Source of the DNA: Acidobacteriota bacterium
GTDB lineage: Bacteria > Acidobacteriota > UBA6911 > RPQK01 > JAJDTT01
Assembly (NCBI GenBank): GCA_965263035.1
Contig: OZ253580.1
Coordinates: 1,216,001-1,280,000 of the forward strand
Reading direction: 5' to 3'
Length of the DNA: 64,000 nucleotides
Part shown: positions 10,701 through 20,089 of the stretch, piece after piece
How the letters are laid out: each line of letters begins with the position of its first letter
Numbering within the stretch: the first letter of the stretch is position 1
Notes under the pieces: model-generated
What the model was told of the DNA's origin: nothing
Databases searched by the model: none
The model's input: the letters and a program-made list of their open reading frames with translations, nothing else
Program-made: the position numbers and the translations under genes

Positions 10701-13700
10701 CTAGCCCCAAAGCCAATCCAGTCCTGAGAAGGCCAGTTCCCGGTCGAAATTCTCGATATTGTCACGCACGTTCACGATCAGGCACCGGTCGTTGCCGCCA
10801 TTTCTCGGTCCTCTCAGACCTCTCCCGATCATCTGGAAATAGAGGTTCGGGCTGTAGACGGGACGGGCGACGATGATGACTCGCGTCTTGGGTGCGTCGA
10901 ATCCTTCGCGGAAGACGCCATAGTTGACCAAGACCCGGATCTCTCCCGCCCGGTATTCTTCGACGATCCTTCGTCGGACGGAGGACTCCGTTGCGCCGCT
11001 CACCACCCTGGACCTCACGCCTTGAGAGTTCAACAGCGCCGCCACCGTCAGAGCGTGTTCCACCGACGTGGCGAACACCAGCGTGGGCCACTCCGGGCTG
11101 ACATTACCAACGAGTCTTTCGTACGCGTGGACGATACGCTTGGTTCGATCCACGTCGCGAGCAATGCGATCCTCCATGCTGCGCGGCAACCAGGCGGGAA
11201 AACGCATCGCCTGCAATATTTTCAACTCCTCCCGGCTCAAGGAGAAATCGCCACCTTCGATGATTTCGTGGTCAGCGCGCGCCAGTACGCGCATCTCCTG
11301 CAGCTCGCGGACGACTTGCCCGGGTTCAGCGCTCGCCAACGCTCCGGCATCCAGGCGATTGGCACCGTAGCGACGCACCAGCCTTGCTGTTTCTCTCTCG
11401 TCATGCCCCCGGTAAGGCGTCGCGGTAAGGCCAATCAGAAACGGCTCCTCACTTCGCTGCCAACGGGTCAGCCCGATCTCTTCCATGACGGAAGTGAAGG
11501 TAGGCGCAATGGAACGGTGGGCTTCGTCGAAAACGACGAGTGTGAAATCCGAAAGGAAACTGTACTCACCGGGTTGTTTCGACAACTTGGCGTTGAGCGT
11601 CTGGATCGTCGCGACAATGACGTGGAGGTCGTTGCCAGGCAGGGGCCGCGGCTGGCCAGCCCACATCCTGGAAATGCGCAAGCGTTTCCCTTCAACGCCC
11701 ACGCTGGACCAGACTTGCCCCCACGCTTCCACAGCCTGCTCACACAGCTCGTCGCGGTCCGCCACCCACAGGACACCGCCATTGAAGCCGTCACGAATGG
11801 CTTCGACAATGGCCTGCACCGCGACGCGCGTCTTTCCTGACCCCGTAGGCAGACTGATCATCCCTCGACGCCCACCATTTCCCGCGAATCCATTGCAGAG
11901 CAGGTCTCGCACCCGGTCCACGATAGTGCGCTGGTAACCATGCGGTTCCGGAAGTGAGTGTGGCCCCTCCACATCAAGAAACGGCGGACGGCGAGAACTC
12001 CGTTGTCCGGCCCACTCCGCCGAGAACCCGAGCGATCGGACGAAGTCAACGGCGCGTTGTGATCCAGCCCAACGTTTCGGCGGGTCCAAGTGGTCCAAAG
12101 CCCATTTGTACTCTTTGAGAGCTGACGTGTGATACGTCGCAATGGCGATTTCTGCCAGCTCCATGCCGGTCATCGGTGTGCGGTCGACTTCAAGCACCTG
12201 AAGGAGGGACGTGGGCAAACCGGAACGCAGGGCATCCGCCCCCACGGCTTGGGCCAGCCTCTCGGCGTCCGATGCCAGACGCCGGATCGCCGCGTGCTGT
12301 CTTTCGACTTCCTCCGGGGCTGCGTACCGCAGTATGTGCTCGAGCTGGGTGTCACTCAGATCCAGACCCAACCGTTGCGTGACCAGCCGCAGCTCCCGAT
12401 CCTCGTCATCCGTCCTGACCAGGTAGACTTTGGAGTCCACCAATACACATTCGGGACCGCTGGCGCCGTCGGCGACCAGTTCCAGGCATCGGATGAGCGA
12501 CCAAGTCATCGAGTGCGCACTCAGGTGCGGCGCCAGACCGGGCCACACGTCGGTCAGCGGCACCGCGTCCTCCTCGCCGACAGGTTCCACCGCGGGCTCG
12601 GCAAGATCGAAGTCTTTCCTGATTCGGCTCGCCATCGGATGCGACAGCAGGACGCTCAGCGCGGCAGGATTGGCGGGGTGAGGACCGAGCGCATCCGCCA
12701 GGGGAACGATTTCACCGGCGCACCGGATACGCCCATGCTCCCTCAGCAACGCGACCGCCGGATTCGGACACGGAAGCTCCGGATAGATGCGCTGAGTTTC
12801 GTGGCGCAGGGTCCATCCGCCATACGTGGTCTCCAGGGAAAGCAAGGCGTCGGTATATCGTGCTCTGCCTTCATCGGAAAGCTGGGTCAGAACCTGCATG
12901 GGACCACTTCCGACCGTCGAGTCGAACTGCAGTCTGCGCCAATGCGGCTTCTTCGGAAGGTCCCGAGCCGTGAACTTCCGGCGACAGGTGTATACGAACC
13001 ACTCGAAAGCGGGGTCGCCCGACAATTGCCGATTCGGCCTCGGCCCATCCGTCACCCCGAGTCTCTCCAGCAACTTCAGGTCGGCACGATGGAAGTCGGT
13101 GTCGACCGTGACGTCGCTGTCGCGTGCGCCTGCCGAAGACACGATTTCACCGGGCAGGAGGGTCGAATACAGGCCCTGCCAATGGCCAGACCGCGTCCAC
13201 ACTTGAATCCGCCACGCCGAATCCCACCGGGCCTTGATCATCGCGTACGCCGTGTCCGTGCCCAAATCGCGCGAAGTGACCCAGAACTCGGTCCACCCCG
13301 TGCCACCCGATGCGCCGTTCCACCTGAACAACCGCCGGACCAGGGATTGGAAATGACTCTCAGCAGAGACGTACTTGATGCCAAGTTCCGTCAGAGCGGC
13401 CAAAGTGTCTGCGTCAGACACGAGCCGCGCATGAACCAGGAGGTCGTCAACATCCTGGTCGTCTTCGAACGATGACAGGAACACGCCATCCGGGTCAGGC
13501 GAGCACCAGTCCCCGCTCTGCGTCCGCAGAATGGCGCCAAGGTATGCTCCCTGCCTCAGCTCCTGCGGAATCGACGCAGCCACTTGGAGCGCCGTCATGG
13601 ACGCCTCGATCGCCTCATCTCCAACCGAGCCGTCGACCAGGGCATTCAGCCACTCTCCTATCGACGACCGAGGGGCCTGCGTCAAACTCCGCCGCTCCGG

Positions 13701-15152
13701 AGAAAACAGCCGGTTGACCCGGGCGATCCGATTCGTACGGAGTCCGCTGTGGTGAAGCCAGTCTGTTGGACGCTGACTGGCTTCTGCCCACTCTTGGAGC
13801 GATTCCGCCCCCGACAGATCTTGAGTCAGCGCTGACGGCGCGTAGGAAACGTCCCGTATCCTGCGCAGAGTTCCGACCTGATCGGGGACCACGGGCCGGC
13901 CGCGCAGTTCCTCATACAACCGATCGCGAAGGCGGTTGCTGTGCTCGGTGTCGCCAGCTTCATATCGGCGCGGGAGAGCATCCAGATGTCGTGCCGGATC
14001 CCGCTCGCTGGCCAGATCGGGCAAGCATCTCGCCACCATCCTCGCCGCGGCATCGATCAACTCGTCGTTGTACGGACCAGGCAACAGATTCTGCCGGTCT
14101 TCGTTGGTCTTCCAGGGTGCGTTCAGGATACCGGCCAGAAGACTTGCCGTCTTGGTCGGGAAGAAGTGCCAGAAATAACCCGGTTCGTTCAGTCGGTCCA
14201 ACGGCGCTGCCCACCAGACGGGCACCTCACCGCCGTCGTCGAGTGAACGTCTGTCCTCTTGGGCTTCGGCAGAAAGCTGGTGTGTGATCTTGAAGCACTT
14301 CCACCGCGAAGAACCTGAGCCGGTATCGAGGCGAAGCTTGCCGTTGAACCTTTCCAGAACGATTTTCCGAGACCGTTCCTCGCCTTCAAGGGTCAGATGC
14401 CGGACATGGTCAACAAACAGGAGAAACTCAGGCGGAAAATCGCGGACCTGTTGCGCAAGATCCTCCCATGCGCCCGGCTTCAGCGGCAGGCGGACGATGT
14501 TTGTGGCCCAAGTCATCAGATCGACCAGATCGTCGTCTCCTTCCGCCACTTTTCGAACATCAATGGGAACGGGCAACCGCAGGACCGGATAGCGTTCTCC
14601 TGGCACAAACTTGGCTATGCAGTCGGCCGCATATTCCCGGTCGAACCGAAAGGAGCCGGCGCGACTGTAGAACTCGGGTGCATCCGTGACACCCAGCACC
14701 GATTTGAAGCCCAGTCCAAACCGCCCGATCTCACTCGTGTTCCTCTTGCTCGACAGGTGGGAGAACATGAGTGCTCGGACCCCGTCCTGACTGATCGCGT
14801 CTCCATCGTCGGCGCAGTAGAGATGGTTTTCCGTCAGGCGGACCAGAATGCTCTGGCCGCAGAGTGCGTTGGCAAGCGCATCCGCACTGTTCTGGACCAG
14901 CTCGAAGAGCTGCCGATGAGCGTAACCGCCATGAGCGATATCATGCTCATGGTTTGCATGTTCGGTGATGAGATGCGGTTGCTCACGGTATGCCCGGAGC
15001 GTGTTCCTCGTCTGCTCCGCAATGAAACCGCAAATCGGATTATCGGAACCGGCCCAGCCGGGCTTTTCGATGGGTTGAGGCAGATTCAGCTTGGCATTCG
15101 GACGATAGAATCTACCGCGCTCACCCTTGGAGAAATCATACTCCTGTCTCAT
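10701..15152 (-). CDS. 1483-aa fusion: BrnA-like antitoxin N-terminal peptide + sacsin-like GHKL ATPase + SF2 (DEAH/ResIII-like) helicase
   Basis: N-term MRQEYDFSKGERGRFYRPNAKLNLP; GHKL boxes FELVQNSADA, DDG, IGRFGLGFKSV; helicase motifs LPTGSGKT, FDEAH, GLTATP, EGFDAP, QMIGRGLR. Confidence 0.85.
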   Translation of the reverse strand: MRQEYDFSKGERGRFYRPNAKLNLPQPIEKPGWAGSDNPICGFIAEQTRNTLRAYREQPHLITEHANHEHDIAHGGYAHRQLFELVQNSADALANALCGQSILVRLTENHLYCADDGDAISQDGVRALMFSHLSSKRNTSEIGRFGLGFKSVLGVTDAPEFYSRAGSFRFDREYAADCIAKFVPGERYPVLRLPVPIDVRKVAEGDDDLVDLMTWATNIVRLPLKPGAWEDLAQQVRDFPPEFLLFVDHVRHLTLEGEERSRKIVLERFNGKLRLDTGSGSSRWKCFKITHQLSAEAQEDRRSLDDGGEVPVWWAAPLDRLNEPGYFWHFFPTKTASLLAGILNAPWKTNEDRQNLLPGPYNDELIDAAARMVARCLPDLASERDPARHLDALPRRYEAGDTEHSNRLRDRLYEELRGRPVVPDQVGTLRRIRDVSYAPSALTQDLSGAESLQEWAEASQRPTDWLHHSGLRTNRIARVNRLFSPERRSLTQAPRSSIGEWLNALVDGSVGDEAIEASMTALQVAASIPQELRQGAYLGAILRTQSGDWCSPDPDGVFLSSFEDDQDVDDLLVHARLVSDADTLAALTELGIKYVSAESHFQSLVRRLFRWNGASGGTGWTEFWVTSRDLGTDTAYAMIKARWDSAWRIQVWTRSGHWQGLYSTLLPGEIVSSAGARDSDVTVDTDFHRADLKLLERLGVTDGPRPNRQLSGDPAFEWFVYTCRRKFTARDLPKKPHWRRLQFDSTVGSGPMQVLTQLSDEGRARYTDALLSLETTYGGWTLRHETQRIYPELPCPNPAVALLREHGRIRCAGEIVPLADALGPHPANPAALSVLLSHPMASRIRKDFDLAEPAVEPVGEEDAVPLTDVWPGLAPHLSAHSMTWSLIRCLELVADGASGPECVLVDSKVYLVRTDDEDRELRLVTQRLGLDLSDTQLEHILRYAAPEEVERQHAAIRRLASDAERLAQAVGADALRSGLPTSLLQVLEVDRTPMTGMELAEIAIATYHTSALKEYKWALDHLDPPKRWAGSQRAVDFVRSLGFSAEWAGQRSSRRPPFLDVEGPHSLPEPHGYQRTIVDRVRDLLCNGFAGNGGRRGMISLPTGSGKTRVAVQAIVEAIRDGFNGGVLWVADRDELCEQAVEAWGQVWSSVGVEGKRLRISRMWAGQPRPLPGNDLHVIVATIQTLNAKLSKQPGEYSFLSDFTLVVFDEAHRSIAPTFTSVMEEIGLTRWQRSEEPFLIGLTATPYRGHDERETARLVRRYGANRLDAGALASAEPGQVVRELQEMRVLARADHEIIEGGDFSLSREELKILQAMRFPAWLPRSMEDRIARDVDRTKRIVHAYERLVGNVSPEWPTLVFATSVEHALTVAALLNSQGVRSRVVSGATESSVRRRIVEEYRAGEIRVLVNYGVFREGFDAPKTRVIIVARPVYSPNLYFQMIGRGLRGPRNGGNDRCLIVNVRDNIENFDRELAFSGLDWLWG

Positions 15153-15454
15153 CGTACAGATTCGTCGTCGCGTCGCTCGTTTCGCCTTGCCGGCCGCGCC
15201 GAAATGATCCGCGTCGGGGTCCTGTCGCGGGCCTGACGGGAAGTGTGGCTCACGACCAACTAACGACCGTCCCGGGTCAGTCCAATCGTCAAATAGCGCC
15301 TCTCATCCTCACTGTGGTCTTCGTCAGCTATCGTCAATTCGAGCGGATCCTCGAACCCAGTGGCGGCATCACGAAAGTCGACGCCGTGCTTGCGCAAATT
15401 GCTTTCTGCCTCGCTCGGATCCCAATCGAAGTCGAACAAGCTATTCCTATCCAC
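15149..15454 (-). pseudogene. brnT: BrnT family (DUF497) RNase toxin with internal TAG stop at 15260-15262
   Basis: FDWDPSEAESNLRKHGVDF...HSEDERRYLTIG..GR*LVVSHT...RIISARPA...ERR; frame continues past TAG to a TGA overlapping the next ATG (ATGA). Confidence 0.85.
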
Positions 15455-15619
15455 TCGTTCAACAGCCAGGGTATGCCTTCATTTTCGAGGGGATGAAACA
15501 ATCCGGGTAAGTGCAACATTGACCAGCGGTCGGGCATCGACCATGCCAAAGCCACGCGAGCATCATAGGGCAGAATCAATCAGGTATTTGTCTGTTTCAA
15601 ATAGCCGACCATCGACCTC

Positions 15620-16009
15620 TCAAAGCACGTAGTGCCGGAGCCGGAAGCGAACCTGGTCGCGGGTCTCGACGGCGATGACGTCCAATCGCACCGGCGCCTC
15701 CTCCAACTCGTGGCGCCAGATGAACTCGCAGGCGAGGCGCTCCAGCCGGCGTTGCTTCTCCGGGTCCACGCGCTCCTCCGGCAGAAATGGTGAGGGAAGA
15801 AGACTCGTCTTCACCTCGACGAAGACGAGCCAGGAATCGTTCCAGGCGATCAGGTCCACCTCGCCCCGCCGGCTCCTCCAATTCCGGGCCACCACGTCCC
15901 ATCCCATCGCCAGCAGGTGCCGCAGTGCGATCCACTCGCCCCAGCGGCCCAAGTCGCCGCGAGAGGGGTTGAAGCGCCGATTCCAGAGCCAGGCGAGGAT
16001 CGGGGACAC
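15620..16009 (-). CDS. yraN: YraN family (UPF0102) PD-(D/E)XK protein
   Basis: GRWGE..A, ARNWRSRRGEVDLIA, LVFVEVKT, RLDVIAV; GTG start with GAGGG RBS chosen. Confidence 0.88.
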   Translation of the reverse strand: MSPILAWLWNRRFNPSRGDLGRWGEWIALRHLLAMGWDVVARNWRSRRGEVDLIAWNDSWLVFVEVKTSLLPSPFLPEERVDPEKQRRLERLACEFIWRHELEEAPVRLDVIAVETRDQVRFRLRHYVL

Positions 16010-16130
16010 CCGTCCCTCACGCACCCAACCACCGCTTGCAGTCGTGCGAAGCATCCCTCGAACAGAACGTCTCGGGATCAAAAAACACGGGAAGACCCGG
16101 CGCCGCAGGAGGGTAAGCTGGAAGACTCGG

Positions 16131-16586
16131 TTATTTGCCTGGTTTATCCTTGAAGTCCAGGGCCGCCGAATTGATACAGAAGCGAAGGCCGGTGGGACGG
16201 GGGCCGTCATCGAAGACGTGTCCCAGGTGAGACCCGCAACCGCGGCACAGGACCTCGACTCTCCTCATCCCGTAGCTGTCGTCCGTCTCCATGGCGACCC
16301 GCTCTTTCTCGACGGGAGCCCAGAAGCTGGGCCAACCGGTCCCCGAATCGAACTTGGTGTCCGAGCTGAAGAGCTCGCTGCCGCAGGCCACGCAAAGATA
16401 GGAGCCGTCGGCCTTGTTGGCGTCGTACTTGCCGGAAAAGGGTGGCTCGGTTCCCTTCATCCTGCAGACGTAGAACTGCGCTGCGCTGAGGGTCTTTCTC
16501 CACTCCTCCTCGGTGGTGGCAGTGGGTGTTTCCGAACGTTCATCCTCGTCCCGAGCCCCGTCGGGGTCTCTCCGCCAGTTCGCCAT
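16131..16586 (-). CDS. msrB: Peptide-methionine (R)-S-oxide reductase
   Basis: GTEPPFSG, CVACG, KFDSGTGWPSF, CGSHLGHVFDDGP, RFCINSAAL. Confidence 0.97.
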   Translation of the reverse strand: MANWRRDPDGARDEDERSETPTATTEEEWRKTLSAAQFYVCRMKGTEPPFSGKYDANKADGSYLCVACGSELFSSDTKFDSGTGWPSFWAPVEKERVAMETDDSYGMRRVEVLCRGCGSHLGHVFDDGPRPTGLRFCINSAALDFKDKPGK

Positions 16587-16619
16587 GAGGTCTCCTTTCC
16601 GGTCCTTTTTCGCTCAACC

Positions 16620-18206
16620 AGAGCGTCGCTTTGATCCCAAGACAACTTGACTCCTGCATTTCCTGAAAAGTGCCGCAAGAGATTGCCGCCAAAACCACGG
16701 CTGCTGCGAATCCGACGGAGATCTCCGTTTCTGGATACTGGCTTCGATGCTGGCCGAAATTTCCTACGGAGTGTAGGTGGTCCACCAACAGAGAAGTCGT
16801 CTTCGTAACGTATTTGCTTTGTCGAGAAATACGATCCGACCCCGTTATCAGGCGAAGAACATGGCATTGCCTTCCGAACCCACGAGGTAGCCTACCTTGT
16901 TCTTCCGGAAAGTTCGTTATACGTCCGTGTCCCCACTCGGCAAGCCAATGTGGGGGTAGCGTCCTTTGGGGCGGCAACTCGGCTTTCCAGATCAGTACGA
17001 GAGCACGTTCGACTATGCCCCTGATTCCGTAGATCGTGAGTTCCGGATCGTCAATCTCTTTGACGGCACGGTTGACGAAGTTTTTGAGGATGCTGTCTAC
17101 ATCCTGGCCTGCAATTTGCCTGAGGCGGAGTTCCAGTAAGGGTCCAACGTGCGTTTCGAAGTCGGAAGCAGTGCCGAAAAGGCGCGTGAGGTTGGTGAGA
17201 GCCGGCGCCTGTCGTCTCGCGTACCTCTGAATGAGTCGGCACGAGCCTCTGATACGGTTTTTCGAAACGCGGCCAAATCCTCGTTCCTCAAGTGTGCGGC
17301 GACGGCGGTCAGAAATGTCAGTTAGCGGAATATCGGCGTCGGCAAGCGCGCCGAGGTCGGCGCGTATGTCGACATCGCAGTCCTCCCACAGAGCGGCAAG
17401 GAGTTCAAGCCGTCCCTCCAATATAGTTTCAGCGGCTGCATCAATCTCCGGTTTGGAGACGCGGGCTCCGCGATGTCGATCCCATAACTCCTGGAGGAGC
17501 GCGCAAATCAGCACAGGAGCGCCTCCTGTCCAGTTGGTGATCTCCTTTCGAGCCGAAACATCCGGCTCGCAGCCGACGTCCAGGAGCGGCTGCAGGAACG
17601 GATCCCAATCAGCGTCGTCGAGCGCACCGACCCGGACCGGGGTGTCGTAAAAGATCTCCCAGAAGTCAGAGGTTCGAGGCTCCTCGGTCCGGCAGAGCTC
17701 GCGCAACGGCCGGCGACTTCCGGTGACGAGTCTGAGACTGGTCTTCTGGGCCAGCGAACGAAGCTGACCCCACAGGTTGCGCGTCAATCCCGGACCGTCG
17801 AGCACCACGAGTATCCGCGCACACTCGCCTACAAGCTCCCCGAGAACCAGTCCCAATAGATCATGAACCGCTGGATCCTCGACATCGATCCACTCGGAAA
17901 GCTCCTCGCGGTACGGTTGCAGAGCTTTTTTGATTTCTTCCCCCAACCGCTGCTTGAATGCACCGTCCGACCTGGGAGTCCCATGCCTAAGATCGACGTG
18001 GACCGTGGTCAGGTACCCACTCGACTTCGAGGTGTACTCTTTGGCGAGATGGCGCAGCAGGACGGATTTGCCGTAGTGCGCCGGACCCACAACCGATACG
18101 TGATCCGGCGAGGGTTTCTCCGAGTGGCGCTTGATGCGCCGGAGGAGGGCCTTTCTTCCCAAAAGGGGAGGTGGAATCCCAGAACACGATAAGGATTTTT
18201 CGTCAT
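16620..18206 (-). pseudogene. STAND/AAA-type ATPase, frameshifted and internally deleted (3' end approximate)
   Basis: Start MTKNPYRVLG (18206) is out of frame with the body (GRKALL...SVVGPAHYGKS); Walker B region looks shortened (LVVLDGPGLTRNLW); WTGG.P motif; C-terminus runs into msrB. Confidence 0.6.
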
Positions 18207-18755
18207 GGCTGAGCCTCCACTGCCTCCTGCTATGCGCGCAAGACGAGGTCGTCGAAATCCACGTGCTTCCACGACCACTTCGCCATCAACGGCACCGCAA
18301 GCCGGTAGCTGCGTCCACGGTATCCTTCGCCGAGGTCGAGCAACTCGAGTTCCTGGAGTTCCGCAATGTCATCGGCAAGATCGCTGACTTGTCGATAGGG
18401 AACTTTCCTCTCACGAAGTTTCATCGCGAGCAGGTCGAGGTTCACCGGATCCGGTCCATCCGTCAGTTGGTCCCAGAGCGTCAGCAGGAGTCTGCGCCGC
18501 GTGCTTCCGGCGTAGTCCCAGAGCGTCCGGAAGTGCTCGTTGTCTTCTACCATCTCGGTTGCTGCTCGCTCCACGATGCCAAGCGTGATCGTCCGGCTGC
18601 TCCCCGTCGCCGCGTGGTCAAACACGCGGTTGCACAGCGACTGGATCAGGAACGGATGACGGGCGCACAACTCCACGATCCGGTCCCGCGCCTGCGGCAG
18701 GTAGCGCACCCGACCTTCAACCGGTTCGGTGACGAGCCGCCGTGCATCCTCCGGA
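18203..18755 (-). pseudogene. C-terminal remnant of a second STAND/AAA ATPase
   Basis: EDARRLVTEPV...IVELCARHPFLIQSLC...HFRTLWD...L.ELELL; no Walker A; internal TAG at 18230 before a TGA coupled to the next ATG. Confidence 0.6.
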
Positions 18756-19015
18756 TGATCCACACCGCCGCCATGGCCGGTGTCCCCGGGCTCAGGTGGA
18801 AGGTGAGCGAGGCGTCTTTGGCGCCTTCGCTCAATGCCGTCCCGCACCCGCGGACCGCCGCTGCGTAGATCTCGCCGAACGCCGTGGGGCTGCTGAGACC
18901 CTCCGCGAGAACATGAACCCGGCACCCATGATTTCGCTCCTCGATCCATGGAATGTAACGGTGAACGACATCATCTTCGTGGTCGGTGAGGAGGAACAGT
19001 CTTGAGTGCCGGGGA
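18756..19015 (-). pseudogene. Fragment of RtcR-like CARF N-terminal domain of a sigma54 activator
   Basis: 'LSSPTAFGEIY...LTFHLSPGTPAMAAVWII' motif; no start and no AAA domain. Confidence 0.6.
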
Positions 19016-19109
19016 GCACGAACGCATGAACTCATCTCCGGATGCCAATGACCCGCCACCCGAACTGGAAGACACCTTGGCACGAATAGGTCTGGACAAG
19101 GAGAACCAT

Positions 19110-19267
19110 CAGTCCGTGGTGAAAATCCCGTAGCACCGAGAACGGAGCCGGGCCCGCCGGACAAGTCGCGACGAGGGAGCATATTCGACATTATGTGACC
19201 GAGGAGCAACGCAGTCCGCCGCGATGCAGATCGGGTCGAATGCCGCGATGACTTTCGCCACGGGCTA
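19110..19267. repeat. ~160-bp dispersed MITE/ERIC-like element, copy 3 (diverged)
   Basis: CAGTCCGTGGTGAAA...TTTCGCCACGGGCTA; abuts the abiEii stop codon. Confidence 0.8.
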
Positions 19268-20089
19268 TCATGCCTCGATTCCCCCTTTCCACGCCTCGCC
19301 CGGAAGGAGCCGGATCAGCCGCTCGGAGACCGTTCGCGCCGCTTCCGCCGGCCGCCACTCGTAACCTCGTGTGAGAAGAGCGCTCATGTCGGCGCCGAAT
19401 TGCGGATCATCCAGCTTTCCCGCGAGATTCCTCTCGAACATGGCACGCGTCACCAGGTGGCCGTCGCGGTCCATATATGTCCGGAAGGCGTACACGATCC
19501 GTCCAGGATCGCTCCGCGCATCGCCGAGTCCCGTCGCCACGTCGAACAGATCCCGGCCCTTCCTGCGCTGATAGAGCGCTCTCAGCTTCGTCGCCAGCAG
19601 CTCGTCGAGTTCGAAGGTTTTGACATCCGCGGTTCCGGAATACCACCTCGATTCCACCGAGAACGGGCATCCAGTGAACCCAAACACCGCAAAGTGCTCT
19701 CGTGTATTGATCTCGATCTTGAGCCGCAGCCGCATCGGCGGCACGCCCTCCGACATGAAACGGTAGCCGAACGTCACCCGGCCTTTCGACTGCTTCCATC
19801 GCGCTTCGCCAAGCCATGGATCGAGAATGCTGCGCAGGGCGTCCATCAGGGAACCGGCAGATCCGGGCGCGACCTGGACCAGATCGATGTCCTCCGAGTA
19901 GCGAGCCGGCGGAGTCAGGTAGAGCTTGTAGAGCGCCGACCCGCCCCGGAAGGCCAGCGCCCCGGCGAGAACAGGATCGGAGAATATCCCGGCCAGGGCG
20001 CGGCTGATGACGAGGTCCTGCTCGACCTGGAAATCCTCGATCCACGGCGCCCGCACCCGCCATTCTGTGATGTAGTCCCGCGGGATCAC
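19268..20089 (-). CDS. abiEii: Type IV TA toxin AbiEii (nucleotidyltransferase)
   Basis: QVEQDL.ISRAL, LAFRGGSAL.K, RYSEDIDL, KIEINTRE, KLRALYQR.KGRDLFD; GTG overlaps abiEi stop. Confidence 0.92.
   Translation of the reverse strand: MIPRDYITEWRVRAPWIEDFQVEQDLVISRALAGIFSDPVLAGALAFRGGSALYKLYLTPPARYSEDIDLVQVAPGSAGSLMDALRSILDPWLGEARWKQSKGRVTFGYRFMSEGVPPMRLRLKIEINTREHFAVFGFTGCPFSVESRWYSGTADVKTFELDELLATKLRALYQRRKGRDLFDVATGLGDARSDPGRIVYAFRTYMDRDGHLVTRAMFERNLAGKLDDPQFGADMSALLTRGYEWRPAEAARTVSERLIRLLPGEAWKGGIEA

Noticed and set aside
15260-15262. Pyrrolysine or recoded TAG in brnT
   Set aside because: No pyl machinery in view; TAG serves as a normal stop for many genes here (smc, groES, groEL)
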